A DNA stretch of 39,122 nucleotides from Paramecium tetraurelia (lineage: Eukaryota): NCBI GenBank assembly GCA_000165425.1, contig CT868667.1, positions 310,001-349,122 on the forward strand. Reading direction: 5' to 3'. Within the stretch, counting starts at the first letter, position 1. Every line of letters starts with the position of its first letter. Shown piece after piece: positions 1-13,268 of this stretch. Made by a program: the position numbers and the translations under genes. Under the pieces are notes generated by a model that did no database searches, had not been told where the DNA came from, and was given only the letters and a program-made list of their open reading frames with translations.

Positions 1-3000
1 GAGTTATTCTCTAATAATCATAACTTATTGCCTTTGGTGAACTCTAATGATTTGTATCAGTTGTTGGAATACGTCAAACTCTATGGGAAATATCAGTCAT
101 TCATAGAACTCTTTACATCCATAGTAAGAAACAAATAATGCCAATCTCTGTATAAGGATATCTATTAGGCTTTAGTACAATGTGAATCTAAAGACATCAA
201 TGTAATTTCTATGGAATATAACATTTTAGCCATTCTAGGATAATTATAACTTTTAGAAGTTCTACCCAAATTAGCCCAATATTGAAGAATTTCGTTAGAG
301 TTTCCTCAAAATCATAGAAGTCGTCCTAATCCATGATGATAGAGCAGCCTTATCAGTCAAAATGTTGGAAGTGCTTGATTTCACTGATTTGACATCGTAC
401 TTTTTGGAAAAGACTCAGGAAATGAGAAATACAAACTTAGACCTTGAGTTATAGGATAGCATAACTAAAGTAAGTTGTATAATTAATTGTAGATCAAATT
501 TGTAATCTGCAGAATTATACTCACTTTATCAAAGAAGAAGAAGAAGTTGTTGTTAATTCACGAGAATTACTTTCTCCAAATTATCAGTATTGAAGCATCT
601 TGGCTTGAATAATAAGAGTTTTTATAGACTTCTGCTAAGACTTATATTGTGGAGGGATTGTTGCCATTGATAAATACATACAATGAATATGCCAATAAGA
701 AAAATTCTTTCAAGACTGACATAGCACAAATTAGAAGTTATGCTTTGAGTGTTTTAAAGCAATATTCATAATTAACCAAGAATAGTGATACTTCAACTAA
801 ATATCAAGTGCATAGATTGGTTAAAGCTTTTGATTTGAAAGTTCCTGATGAAACGAGTGAAACAGATTCTGATTAAGAGGGATTGATGAGTGATTTGAAT
901 GGAGACACATTTAAAACTGAGAAGTTTGAGGAATACTAAGTGACTGAAGGTAGTGATGGATCGGATCAAGGGTGTAATGATTTAGAATTATGGGAATTCT
1001 TTAAGAAGTTATTTGATAACAACTAAAAAATCAAGGAATTGACAGAGACTGACCAATTAGCCTAATCCATTTGGCATGTGAGTGATATGTTCACTAGTGA
1101 TTTTTGGGAGGATAAAGAGAAGAGACAATTAATTTTGACTAATAATGATATGTTGCAAAAGATCCTAGCATTCTTGTAATTTTGGAAGTCAAACAAAGCA
1201 TCAAAACAAAGTGCCATTTTTGCATTAAAGTTGTTGATTCAAATAATAAAAATTGATTAGAACAGAATTAAAATACTCGATCAATTGGGAGGCACTAAGA
1301 TAATTCTCACTTTAATTTGGGAGGAAAATGAAAGTGAAAATGACTACATCATTTAATTGTTGATTTTAATTAAGGAACTCATGACTTGTAAGCAAGTGTA
1401 GAAGACAACCTTAACATTTTTGAGTCTTGCTATATCCAGTGACAAATTCTTTTAAAAAATGGAAATGCTATTGACGATAGAGCAGGATTTAAAAATATGT
1501 ACTTTGGTACTGTAAATAATGGAATTGATGTGTAATGACAACAATAAAGAGTTACAAAACTTGATTCGTTATCAGAAGAATAATAAAAAGTCATATGATC
1601 TTGTTCAGTAGACTATCAACTATTTATGTTCTTTGGATGTTAAGAACAATTATGAATAACTTATTTAGTGTTTAAAGACTTTGAAGTCACAAGCATATGC
1701 ATGTCGACCAAATCAAACATTAGTGGCCAATTCTAAGTTTGTTGAGTTCTCTATTAGGGTGTTAAATGACTCATCTTTAAAATAGTATTTGGATGAAGTG
1801 CAAATAATTTAATTGAAACATTAGTGTCTAATAATCTTATTGGTAGTTGCTGAAATTAACACCAAGGATGATTATATTGTATAGAAATTGAAGAAAATAG
1901 TTCCCAAGACTGTGTTAGTATAACATTTTGTCAATGTTTATCATCAAATGGTGAATTTGTTTGGCGAGGACAATTATTCGAAGCTGATATTTGTGAATAA
2001 ACCGAATTTCATTATGGAAAGTGGATTCAATGCTTACATTTTATATGTTATTCTTTCGGAACTAAATTATGTAGTGGAAGATTTGGAAGAATTTAAGAAG
2101 AATGATGATGAAGGATAGTTAGTCTAAGATTTCTTGAGGGATAACATTTTAAACGAACTGTCTAGATTGGGGTAATCCTTGATGAAACATGGGTTGGAGT
2201 AGTTGAATCAAATCAAGTAATAATTCAGTGGATAAGTCGAAGAGAAGATGAACATAATCAAAAAGCATGAGATGATGCACAAGGCTTTTTAATTTTACAA
2301 AATGAATACATTACAAGTTGAATTTGTAAAGGATGATGTACTTTACTTAACGTACTTCCCTAAACTCCCTTGTTTCTACTTATTGAGATAAGAAATAAAG
2401 AAGAAATTCTTGGATCAAGCAGACAGAACGAGCACCAAAACAAAGATTATCAGTTTGGTTAACTTTGTGGATTCAGCCTACAAGTTTATGTTGCATTAAG
2501 AGGCTCTGAGAGATTACTTTAAGAAACACAAGTTCTTAGAGATTCTGGCTAGAAGAGGTAAATTATGGATGTAACTTGCTTTCTACAATGGGTTCTTCAT
2601 TAATTTAATTATCATTTTAAGTTATACTTAATTAGCATTTCCTCCTGGATATTAACCAAAGGATCCTGATGTAATTTAATATTATCGATTAAATGAGCCA
2701 AGGTTCTTATAAGACTATAATAACACAAATACCAAATACTATTTGATGATGTTGGCTTATCTGAATCTAGCTATCAAGTAAGATGTCTTATTTTAATGCT
2801 CTTAGTTTCATGGTTTTGTTTTTTTATCTCATTGACAAAGCTCCTGTTAAACTATAATTTGTTTGGAATGCGTGGCATGCATCTTCACTTATTGGACACT
2901 TGATTTCTGGGTTAATTAAGGTGATCATCTCAATCATAGTTCTGGTCATTGATTTCGACATCATATACTACATTCTTTAGATAGCATTTAATATTATTGG

Positions 3001-3849
3001 AATAACAATCCATCCATTTTTTTTGGCATTTCATTTGATCCATATTCTGTATTTGGAACCCCTCATACCCATATTAAAGGCTGTGTGGTTGGCTAAGTTT
3101 AAGTTTATTGGATTATGGTTGACAATCATACTTTTTGAATACTGGGTAGCCTTGATATCCTACGTTTATTTCTTTGAGTTTTTTATAACTGATAAGAATC
3201 AGAATCTTTGCAATCACTTATGGCAATGCGTTATTGTGACTTTTGATTGGACATTCAAAACCGATGGGTCTGTCGGAGGTAGATTCATGGAAAACATAGG
3301 AGAAAAGGCTGAGGAAATGTACCTCAACAATCTCAATAACTATTATGGCAGATTCTTCTACGACAACATCATCAACATAATCATTAAGCTGTGCATAATT
3401 AATGTTCTCCTTGCTGTGATCATTATTTCCTACTCTGAATTGAGATCGGTTCAGAAACAGAAAGAGAAGGATTAGAATCATAAATGCTTTATCTGCGGGA
3501 TCGATAGACTAGTCTTTGATAGGACAAGTCAGAACACCGGATTTTGGCATCACATCAAGGTTGAACACAATATTTGGAATTACCTATTCTATATGTGCTA
3601 TTTGAGAATGAAGCAATCCGATTTTAATAATGGTGTGGACAACTACATACGAGCTAAACAATAGGCTAGCGACTACTCTTGGTTCCCCATAAGAAGAGCT
3701 AAAGCACTATCTCTTAAGTTGCAGATTCTTGAAAGTGTCAGCCACAAGGTAATCTGTTATCCTATTATAAGAATACAACCTCTAAGTCGAAGTTGATCGG
3801 CCTGCTCCATTCCCTGAGAAGACTTGTTTGGATTCATAAATAATTCTGA
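1..3849 (+). CDS. IP3 receptor/ryanodine receptor-type Ca2+-release channel (ciliate CRC family), 5'-truncated by the window
   Basis: Open under code 6 with introns 202-229, 470-492, 2778-2805 and probably 3749-3771 (if that one is retained, stop is at 3794-3796). Contains an RIH-associated-like segment (MELMCNDNNKELQNLIRYQKNNKKSYDLV), a TM block, pore region TFDWTFKTDGSVGG, and the hallmark tail KCFICGIDR...HIKVEHNIWNYLFY...DYSWFP. Confidence 0.93.
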
Positions 3850-4015
3850 TATATTACTTAATATTTAAAAACGTATCATTATTTAATATATTTGAATAAT
3901 CAAAAGTGAAATTGCAAAGATTTGTGATTATTAGAAATTTAATTGCCCAATTATTAATTTATTCAGTGTTTTTGAGTTCATAATTTATTAATTTATGTAG
4001 ATTCCTCGTGATTAA

Positions 4016-5402
4016 ATGAGGAAAGGTCTGTAAAAATACAATTCGAATTATAGAAATCAGGGGAATAGAAGACAACAAACACAGAACTTGATGCCTCCAG
4101 ATGTCATACCAAAAGGAATGCTAAGTATGAACTCGGGATTGAAAACTGAGAAAAATACAAAATTAAATGAGACAGGTAATTTAATAGTATATGCTTAGAA
4201 ACCACAGATGTAACTCATAATAATCTTGGTTTCAGTCAACAATTGCAATAATAAGTAAGAGTGGAACATTTAGATTTGGGATTCTTCAAAGTCTAACCTT
4301 GCAAGGTTATGGGGAATCACAATCACAAGCAATGTCCCTTCTTTCACAATCCCAAGGATCGCAAGAGGTATCGCTTGATTTCACCAAGTTTTTAGGGTCG
4401 CAGTAGAGTATTCAGCTGATTTGTGTCAATACATCGAAAATAATTCAATTTGTCCATATGGAGACAATTGCAATAGAGCTCATAATAGAGTGGAATAACT
4501 ATATAGAGTAGACAATTACAAAACCAAATTCTGCTCCTATTACCCCAATAATATTCTACAATGTGATTATGGGAAATTCTGTTCGTTTGCTCATTCAGAA
4601 GGTGACATAGCAATAGAACTCATTCACAATTTAGAATATGACGACGATTTCTTCATTTTCTATTACAAAACAGTTTGGTGTCCATTCAATCTAACTTAAC
4701 ATGACAAGTCCCTATGTGTTTATGCACACAACTGGTAAGACTTTAGAAGGAAACCCCAAGGATACAATTACATTCCATAGTCATGCCCCAATTGGAATAC
4801 CAATGAATACATTACGGAATACAGTTATGGATGTCCAGATGCTTTTAATTGTACTAAATGTCATGGGTGGAAGGAACTAGAATACCATCCCATTCTATTT
4901 AGAACTAAACAATGTGTGAATTCAAATTGCAATAAATAGGATTGTTCCTTCTATCACCATTAATAGGAAAGGAGGTATTGATTGCAATCTATTTTAGATA
5001 CATTGAACAATCATCTCAATCGAGAATATTTAGGATTGTGCCTAGAAATAGGATTATATAGAATGTCTTCAAGGTTCGGGAACGAAGTTTGCAGACATCA
5101 TAAAGAAATCAGAAATCCTAAGATACATGCAGCGACCAATAATAGTGGCTCAGCCATAATTTGTAGAATAGTTTTCAATATGAACCTGAATCTGATACTG
5201 TAGTTGAGTTTAAAAATAAGGGCGAACACTATTAGACCGCCCTTATTTCAATTCTCGAGCGAACAGGTATATATTAATCCGATAAAATCTAGATTCTGAA
5301 GAACTGAAGGATTTGATGAGAAAGAAATCTTTCTCTGTTGATATTATTGATGACAACGAGTAGATTAGAGGAGTCTTAAAAATGATAGACTTGGATTCGT
5401 GA
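4016..5402 (+). CDS. Unkempt-like tandem CCCH zinc-finger RNA-binding protein
   Basis: ATG 4016, TGA 5400-5402; introns 4176-4198, 4368-4395, 4975-4997, 5267-5292. Motifs FFKVQPC...HNHKQCPFFH...DRKR, CPYGDNCNRAH...YKTKFC, CDYGKFCSFAH, YYKTVWCP...CVYAHNWQDFRR, CHGWKELEYHP...FRTKQC match the Unkempt zinc-finger array. Confidence 0.9.
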
Positions 5403-5519
5403 AGTAAATAACAAATTTAGTAGTAATATTCTATAAGTTCTTTCATTCTTATTTTTTTGTTAAGTGTTGTGCTAAGCAAAAGAGGAAAAAGGAAATTCTG
5501 GCATTGTTATTTATATTTT

Positions 5520-6336
5520 ATGAAATAAAAACTTTCTAGAGCCTAATTGATTGCTCACTATCGATAGAAACCTCTTGAGTAAATGCCTGAATCCTTCAAA
5601 GCATTATGCCAATATTACCCACAGGCTTTTAAGGCTCTGAGCCAGAATCCATATTAGGCTCGACCCATACGTGGTTTCAATCAAGGTTTGTTTAGTGATT
5701 AAAAATAGAAATACTGGTGTACTCGAGTAATTGTGCTACTCCTCTCAAAACAGCTGGTGTCTATTAAAGCGGAGGGGGAGATCTATTTCGTTTCGATGAA
5801 TAATAAATCCTCACTCCTTAACCAAAATAATCGAATACTTTTGATTGGAGCTAGTAGCAATTGTAAAGCATCAAAAAGGAAATAGTATTCAGCAGAAGTA
5901 CTCCTGGACAAGCTAATCATTTACTCTCAAAAATATGGTATTATGTGGATGATTACTTAAAGGTTTAGGGTATTATTTTTGATGTACATTAGGTCCTTTC
6001 AGCTCGATCTAAATGGACAATTGGTATCTAAAAGGTTATTTTGATGACATTTTGAGAATAGGGTTTAAGCCTGAAAACTCTGAAGGCTTCCTTAGAATTT
6101 ATTAATTGAAAACCTAAAAATAATCCAAAAAGATTCTAAAGCTTCTAAGAAGAGGATCTTGTCCGCCTTCTTTAACTGCCTCACAAGAAACAACCATCTA
6201 ATTAAAACCGACAGCCTAATAATAATAGCAATAATAATAGCAATAATAAAAATAAGATTTACAATAATAGATTGAAATGCAAAATACAGACAATGCTCCT
6301 ACTATAAGAGTACCTACTTTAAGAAAAAAAAAGTGA
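5520..6336 (+). CDS. GYF domain protein with Gln-rich C-terminus
   Basis: ATG 5520, TGA 6334-6336; introns 5686-5708, 5970-5992. WYYVDDYLKVQGPFSSIQMDNWYLKGYFDD matches the GYF consensus (W-Y-D...QGPF...M..W...GYF). Poly-Gln encoded by TAA/TAG/CAA at about 6218-6250. Confidence 0.88.
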
Positions 6337-7023
6337 ATTGTAAAGTTAGTATTTAGTTTAAAATCAATAAGTTTTAAGTCATCTTTATTATATGATATAC
6401 ATAATTATTAATGTAATTAACTAATGTAGTATTTGAAGAACAAATGTATCAAAAGAATCATTATGCAAATTCAGGATGAAAGTGATCTATACTTTTGATT
6501 ATAAGAGCTTGGGGAATATGTCAATTTTACTATAAAAGAGAATGGAAGTCTAGTTCTTATCATGAGAATGTGAGCAATATTACTTTTCAGTAAGAATCCT
6601 TTGGTAATATATTCTTATAAACAATTATTGATTATCATTTTCTACATTAAATTTCAATTGATATCAATAAGGGAGGTTTGGGTATAATTTATAATTTATT
6701 TAATATCCTCTAAAAGGAAGGATCCAAATAGTAAAATGAGTCTTTATTTATTTCGAATCTATCTTTATCTTCGATTTTATTAATCTTAAATGAAGGTTAT
6801 AATATTATATATTATATTATAATTTAAATTTGATTTCATATAGGAAAAAGGAATCCTAATAGAAATTATAATTTGTTGTCACTCTAAAATTGAATTTTTT
6901 ATCAAGCCTAAATATAAATGCATCTTATAATTTAAGTGAGCACAAAAAGTTGACTCTTTTGGTTTTGAGTTTAATTCAAAAAGTCATTTGATAATTATTC
7001 CATTAATAAAATTAATTCTCACG

Positions 7024-9041
7024 ATGAATTTCAGGTAAGAATGTAGGTGCTTATTTTTAGTGCTCAATTTTGGAGTCAATTCGGTATGCTTATGAAGGAG
7101 AATGGATTTGATCGTCATTTTGAAAACCAAGACTTGTAGTTGACTACTCTGTTGGAAGATGATTTAATAATTGGTGAGTTCAGAAATCAAAATTAGAAAC
7201 TTATGGAATAGTAAGATTTTGAATTATATGTAGTATGCAAAAGAAACAAGTGGCTGAGTTGGTCAGTTATTTAACTGAGATGCCAGTAGATGATTCAAAT
7301 TCAAAAAGAGCATTTAGATATCCGTTTTATTCATGTGAATTGTTGGTGTGTTGTGAGAATCCTAAGATTCTAGAGTAATTTTTTGGAGAAGACAGGTATC
7401 ACCATATACAATATGATTAGATCTCTATTGCATAAATTATTTTAATTTTTTGTTTCCGACGAAGAGGTGAACCCTGTTTTGGCAGGATATGTATGTAATG
7501 TGCTATTTAATCTGTTAAAAATGAGAACAGACATCTTTCTAGCCGAATTCTATTAATATTAGAATTTAGTAGATGGATTAATCAAACAATTATAATCTCG
7601 TTCAGTTACAGAACTTGTAATTCGCTTATTAACAATCGAATAAGAAACACAAGTAGATTATACACCTTAGAGACTTCAATTAATCAAAGGAGTAGTTGAT
7701 AGAATTGTTGATACCTCAAATTTTGAAGTAAATCATTATAAAATCATATCAGGTATCAACCAATGTATCTCACATCATCCAGGAAATCACCTTAAAGGCC
7801 TATGTAATTTTCAAAGCATAACCACTCTTTGAATTCTTATATGGAGAATCGATAGATCAATTCTGCAAATCTATTGTTCATGAGAACAACTTCGTCTCTC
7901 TTGCTTCAGGAACTGCTTTGTATAATCTGCTCACATTGCTTTACAAAATAGCCACAAGACAAGGAGATCCAGCTGAAAGTGCTATATTCTAAGTGAATTA
8001 GCAGGAGCTATTCAATAGAATAGAGTCGCATCTAAATAAATGGTTAGAGTTCTTGTAAAACTCAGAAGCACGTATTTTTGGGTAACACAAGGTTAAAATT
8101 CTGGAAATAATTGGAGTTTGCATAAGTTTAAATTAAGAATCTTTTGTTACTAAGTTGAATGAATTGGATATCTTCAAAGTTTATAATTCATTATTTATCA
8201 AATATGAAAAGCATGATATTTTGCATCTGCAATATTATAGGTTTTTGGTGCATATAATCGAGTAGAGATTGGACAGTTTAGTTTAGAGTGTAATAAATCA
8301 TCATATAATAATTAGTTATTCAATCAAAATGAGTTTATCCAATTTTTATTGAAGTGTACTTCAGAAGTGAGTAACGATAAGAATTAGAGAAAGGAGTATT
8401 TGGGATTTGTAACTAAGTTGGCTCATTTTTTGGAGGAGTTTTCATCAAAATACCCATTTTTATAATCAGAATTGGAGAAGGACACCTGGAAACAGTTTAA
8501 GGAATAATATTTTGATAAAGCTGAGAAACTGAATAATCACGAATTGGGTGGTCATACAAGAGCTGATAATAACGAAGAGGTTGATTTTAATAAGGAGGAC
8601 ATCCAAAATAAATATGACGATTTTTTGAAATCAAATCATGATGAGAAGATGTAGAATGAAAGCAATACTCAGAACATATAAAACATTTTTGATGCTTTCA
8701 ATATAGGTAGTAATGATTAATCAAATTCAACTGATGGATAATAGTAATAATAGTAGGATTGGTCTAACTTTTCATGGGGGTAGGAGTAGAGTTAAGGAGA
8801 AGGGACATAGCAATAGGATTTCTAGTCATTTGGAGAGGGAGAGCAAAAGAAAGAGTAGGTGATGGAATTTGAACAGTAAAGCAAAGCAGCAGTAAAGCAT
8901 GACTTTGCATAAGAGGAGAAGGATGATGAATATGTTCGTTTTTGGCAATTTTAGGTTCATGAGCACGATGTAAATTTTATTGAATTATCTTAGTCTAAAT
9001 TACACGATGACGCTCTGTATGAGTTCGAGAAAAATTATTGA
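7024..9041 (+). CDS. SIT4-associated protein / PP6 regulatory subunit (SAPS family)
   Basis: ATG 7024, TGA 9039-9041; introns 7035-7060, 7211-7233, 7396-7420, 7728-7752, 8290-8315. SAPS motifs LTTLLEDD..IGEFRNQNQKLMEY, KRAFRYPFYSCELL, VNPVLAGYVCNVL, FGQHKVKILEII, RKEYLGFVTKLA, plus an acidic tail. Confidence 0.9.
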
Positions 9042-9150
9042 TTATTTTGATCATTTTTAATAATATAATGTTTTTTAACTTTGTTCTAGTTGGAAGTGTA
9101 ATGGTTTGTTTTTCAAATAATGAGAGAATGTAATTAAAGCAATATATTTA

Positions 9151-12100
9151 ATGAAAAAAATAACTTAATCATTATTTTGGTTTTACTTTTGTTTAGATTT
9201 AGTAGAATCAGTTTAATCTTATGCGGATGTGAATCCTCTAAACTTTGTAAATGAATAATTCAAGCCGAGTACTTAAGATGAAACAAATTAAACAATAAAG
9301 GGAGCGAATCAATACATTACCAAATATACTTTGAATGCATTTACTTTGACTGAGTTGATAATCGATCTCAGACATTTGGATAAGTATACTGACGACTAGG
9401 GAATCTCATAATTTAATTACACTTAAGACGATTGGAATATCAACATTAAATTGGATGATAACACAATAGCTTTGCCTGATATTTTTGAATAAGGTGATGT
9501 GGAGAAGGTAAGTGATTTTAAATTTATAATCTTTGCATATAAGACAATAACATTTTAGATTCTGTTTCAGATCAACTCCTAAGAATTTTATGCTTAGAAA
9601 TATCAATTCATGAACACTACCAAGGTTTAGAATATGGAACCATCAACAGCCTTAGTAAATACAAATAGCATTTTTGTGTTCATACAATCCAAGGCAGATT
9701 AGATAGCCTTGCCTGCCAATACCCTTCCCCTAAATTCATTTGATTATCAAGATCACATAATATCCTATTCATCTAACAATTTCTTTAAACAGAATTCCTA
9801 CACTACCTACTCACCACAGTCTAAGTATTGGGGGGACAGAAACAATATAGTCATTCCCTACATTCCCTTTTTCTCCAATTGCTAAGGATTTGGCTAATAT
9901 ATTTACTTTTACCAATTGATCTAACACGGCAATTGCACACTTTACAATGAGAATGAAACTGAAGCAATCAACCCATTTTAATTTAGTATGAGTCCCATAA
10001 GTGATGAATGTAATGATTTAAAATTGTATTGCATTATGGATGAGAAATACAATATCAATCCACGATTACCCAGATGGTTTGAATTGAATGACAAGGACAC
10101 TCTATTCTTTATATAAGCAGACCCACTGGATCCAAAAGATTTCAGCTCAAGTTATGAGGCACCGTCTAATGGAATTGTTGAAATTTAGACAGTAAACTCA
10201 ATCCCGAGTGGAATGATGCCTCTAGAAGTGAACTTAGATATTCATTACTATTAAGTTACTAAGACTTAAAAGAGAATAATTACAGGATAAGTAACATTCA
10301 CAAACTTTTACAAATTAAGCGAGGATCAAAAGGCTGGTAAGGCAGAAATAACTTACAATCTGATCTTCAATTTCATATCGATGACTCAAGGATAATTAGT
10401 CAATAATTTTGCACTTGAATGGCCAGTCTATTTCATTTTGTACATGATCATAGGAGCAATTTTAGCAATGGAAGTGGCCATTTTCCTCTTTTATCATTAC
10501 ATTACCAACAGGAAGAGGCCAAGGCCAAAGATCAATTTATTGATTTATATTCGAATATTCTGGACAAGCAGTTTGTATGGAATATGTTTGGCATTTGTTC
10601 CTGCTTTGACAGTTTATATCTTGATATCAATTATAATGGCAGGAAAACTATGGAATACTAATTTGAGTCTGAGTTGCAATATGACTCCTTATTCTGAATC
10701 TGATGATGGGTGTGCAGTAGTGTTTTTTGATTTGTTTAAGAATCAATTGAAATACACAAGTGATTCATTCAGATTGTTAAGAAATGCTAGAACCGGATTA
10801 GCCATGATAACAGTTGGATTATACATTGTATATTTTATCAGTGGCATTTATATTCCGGAGATCAATCCCGAAGAAGATTACAATGGAAATGTTAAGAATG
10901 TAAGATTATGGAAACGCAGTCGCATTATATATTGTCTCGCTTTTATCGCAACCATTATATTAATAGTGACTTAATTTTCTTATTCTGATCTGTTTGCGAA
11001 CAATGCTTACATGTTCCTGATATTTCTAAAAATCTTACAGATGATTTTGGAGTACATTTTGGAAGTGTATTTTGACAACAATCTAATTTCAAGTCCCATT
11101 GGAGTTATTTGTAGTACATACATCAATGTGGCCACAATGGGTAATCCAACATTCTATGACTTCTTGTTGTCTACCATTGTGGATAAGGGTATTGAAATGG
11201 TGGAAAGAGCTTATGTGATTAAGATTCAGGATATTGTAACTGAGGAATTGGAGGGGCAGTTTGATAAGGTGTACAAGATGTTGAAACGATTATTGGATGA
11301 GGAGGAGGAGGATTTCGAATTGGAAGATGAAAAGTTGGTGGAGATGTAGAAAGTACTCAAGACTAATGAGGATGATTCTGATTCAGATATAGTGTTTTCG
11401 GATGATGGGAAGGAGAATCTGGCTTCGGATGATGAATCGTTTGTGAGTAATAAGATTTCATCAAACAATCATGAGAATTCATTCGCTAAAGATGATTATG
11501 ATGAGTTTGAAAATAAATTCAGAACCTATCTCCTTGATTAGCATCATAAGACTTTTCAACAATACAATGAGGAATAGGGCACTCATTAGGAATTGGCAGC
11601 AGATAATGAAGATCAAACAGATTTGATAGATTATTTCTCCAATTTTGCCAATGATATCATAACTTTAGTATTCAATCCTTTTATTACTACGATCATGTGG
11701 TTCTTTTATGATGAATCCAATTTATTGGCTGATTATCAGATTAATAAGAGTGAATTCATCTATTATTTTTTATGGACCATAATTCTGATTCCCTTTCAAA
11801 TGATGATTGATACCTTTGGATACAATCTTGTTGAGTAATACCACGAATTGGATTTTCTCACTTACATAACCAATACAAGAGAACGATTCAGAAATAGAAA
11901 TCTCTTTTGGAAGGCAAGCGAATTTCAAAACGATTTGAATTGCGAGACTTGTTTCCGTTCCCTTGATTGTAACAATATATAGATTTATTATAGAATGGTG
12001 TTATTCCTCTTAATACTACTTCATAACCACATTGTAGGTTTGTGCAATCCAGATGATCATCTTTGGATCTCACATCATCTATGTGAATTAATATAACATA

Positions 12101-13211
12101 TTTAATGATGAAGGTACCTTATTTAAATTAAACAAGCCCTCATATTTATAATATTCTTTTGGGTTGTAGTAGCATTCTTTTTGCATCATCTTTTTATTGA
12201 AATAGGAAAGAGATTAAAAATCTGGGATATTTCAAGTAGAGTAGCACCTTAAGATGAGCAAGTAATGTCCTCAATTGGTGATATTGATAAATTGTCGACC
12301 AGTCAAATTCCTTAAGGACCTAAACTTCTTATTCCCAATTGGAATCAAGCCATAGAGTTTAGGGAGTAGACTGAACGACTCTCTGAAATCAATAATAATT
12401 TCTAAGATTTTACTAATGATCATTTCAAAAAGTTGTTTATTACTTCCAATAAATAATGGTTGGCTGACAATATCTAATTAATGTATCAATATTTGTGATT
12501 ATGTATCTAGATTAAGTCCGAAAACTTTGAAATCAAAAAGGAAAATCATTTTGGATAAATTTAATGCAATTTATGGTCCATTGGAAAAGAAGAACGAAGA
12601 AGATCCTGTGGCTGGATTTGATAATGCTTGGAATTTCAGGCAATTCACCAAAAATTCCTCGAGAACTGAGATGGCTCGCACTTCACCACAGAAATTCAAT
12701 AAAAGAATCGATAACATGAGTGAATCCACGAAGGCCATTTTGAAATATTGGTTGTATCGCTCCAGACATATGAAGACAGCAATCAAATATATAGGTGGAT
12801 TACTTGAGAAAATCACAAAACCGTTTTGTGAGTATTGTGGATTGAATTGGGGATTAGGAGTAGATACAGAAACCAGAATTGAGGACATCTATTTAAGATT
12901 CTTGAAGTAGAAGGGATTGAAGGGGATATCGTTAAATATGGGCACTGAAATTGATGATTGGCAGAACTTCTTCCCAAAACAATGCAAATTCAGAACCACC
13001 TGTTTCATCTGCAATGGTATCTTAAGATATTAAAATCTTAGTGTTTATGGTCGAGGAGATGCAGAAGGATAAAGTGAAATCTTAAGGCGAATAGAAACTA
13101 GTTGTGTAGAAGAAGAAAAACAAGTATACCTTAAAGAAAGTGGCAAACCTTATCCTGATCATGATAAAATTCATAGACATTGCCCAGAAGTTAGCATATT
13201 AGAATTAATGA
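9151..13211 (+). CDS. Large uncharacterised multipass membrane protein with Cys-containing ectodomain, acidic loop and C-terminal CxxC..CxxC motif
   Basis: Frame open from ATG 9151 under code 6; introns 11969-11993, 12114-12136, 12483-12510, 13017-13041; TGA 13209-13211. Joins the supplied ORFs at 10438, 11011, 11593 and 12527. Many hydrophobic segments from about 10420 to 12200. Start codon is less certain. Confidence 0.85.
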
Positions 13212-13268
13212 TGTTTATTAAAGAATTTATCACTGCCCCTTAAAATAAATTTTAAAATCTTTTTAAAA

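Noticed and set aside
6218..6270. (TAA/TAG/CAA)n microsatellite or stop-codon run
   Set aside because: It is an in-frame poly-Gln tract under the ciliate code.
6337..7023. Possible minus-strand gene in the 690-nt spacer between the GYF and SAPS genes
   Set aside because: All three minus frames I followed hit TGA, and rescuing them needs atypical introns; no recognisable motif.
9508..9558. GTAAGT donor suggesting an intron
   Set aside because: The frame is open straight through without splicing, so the intron is not required.
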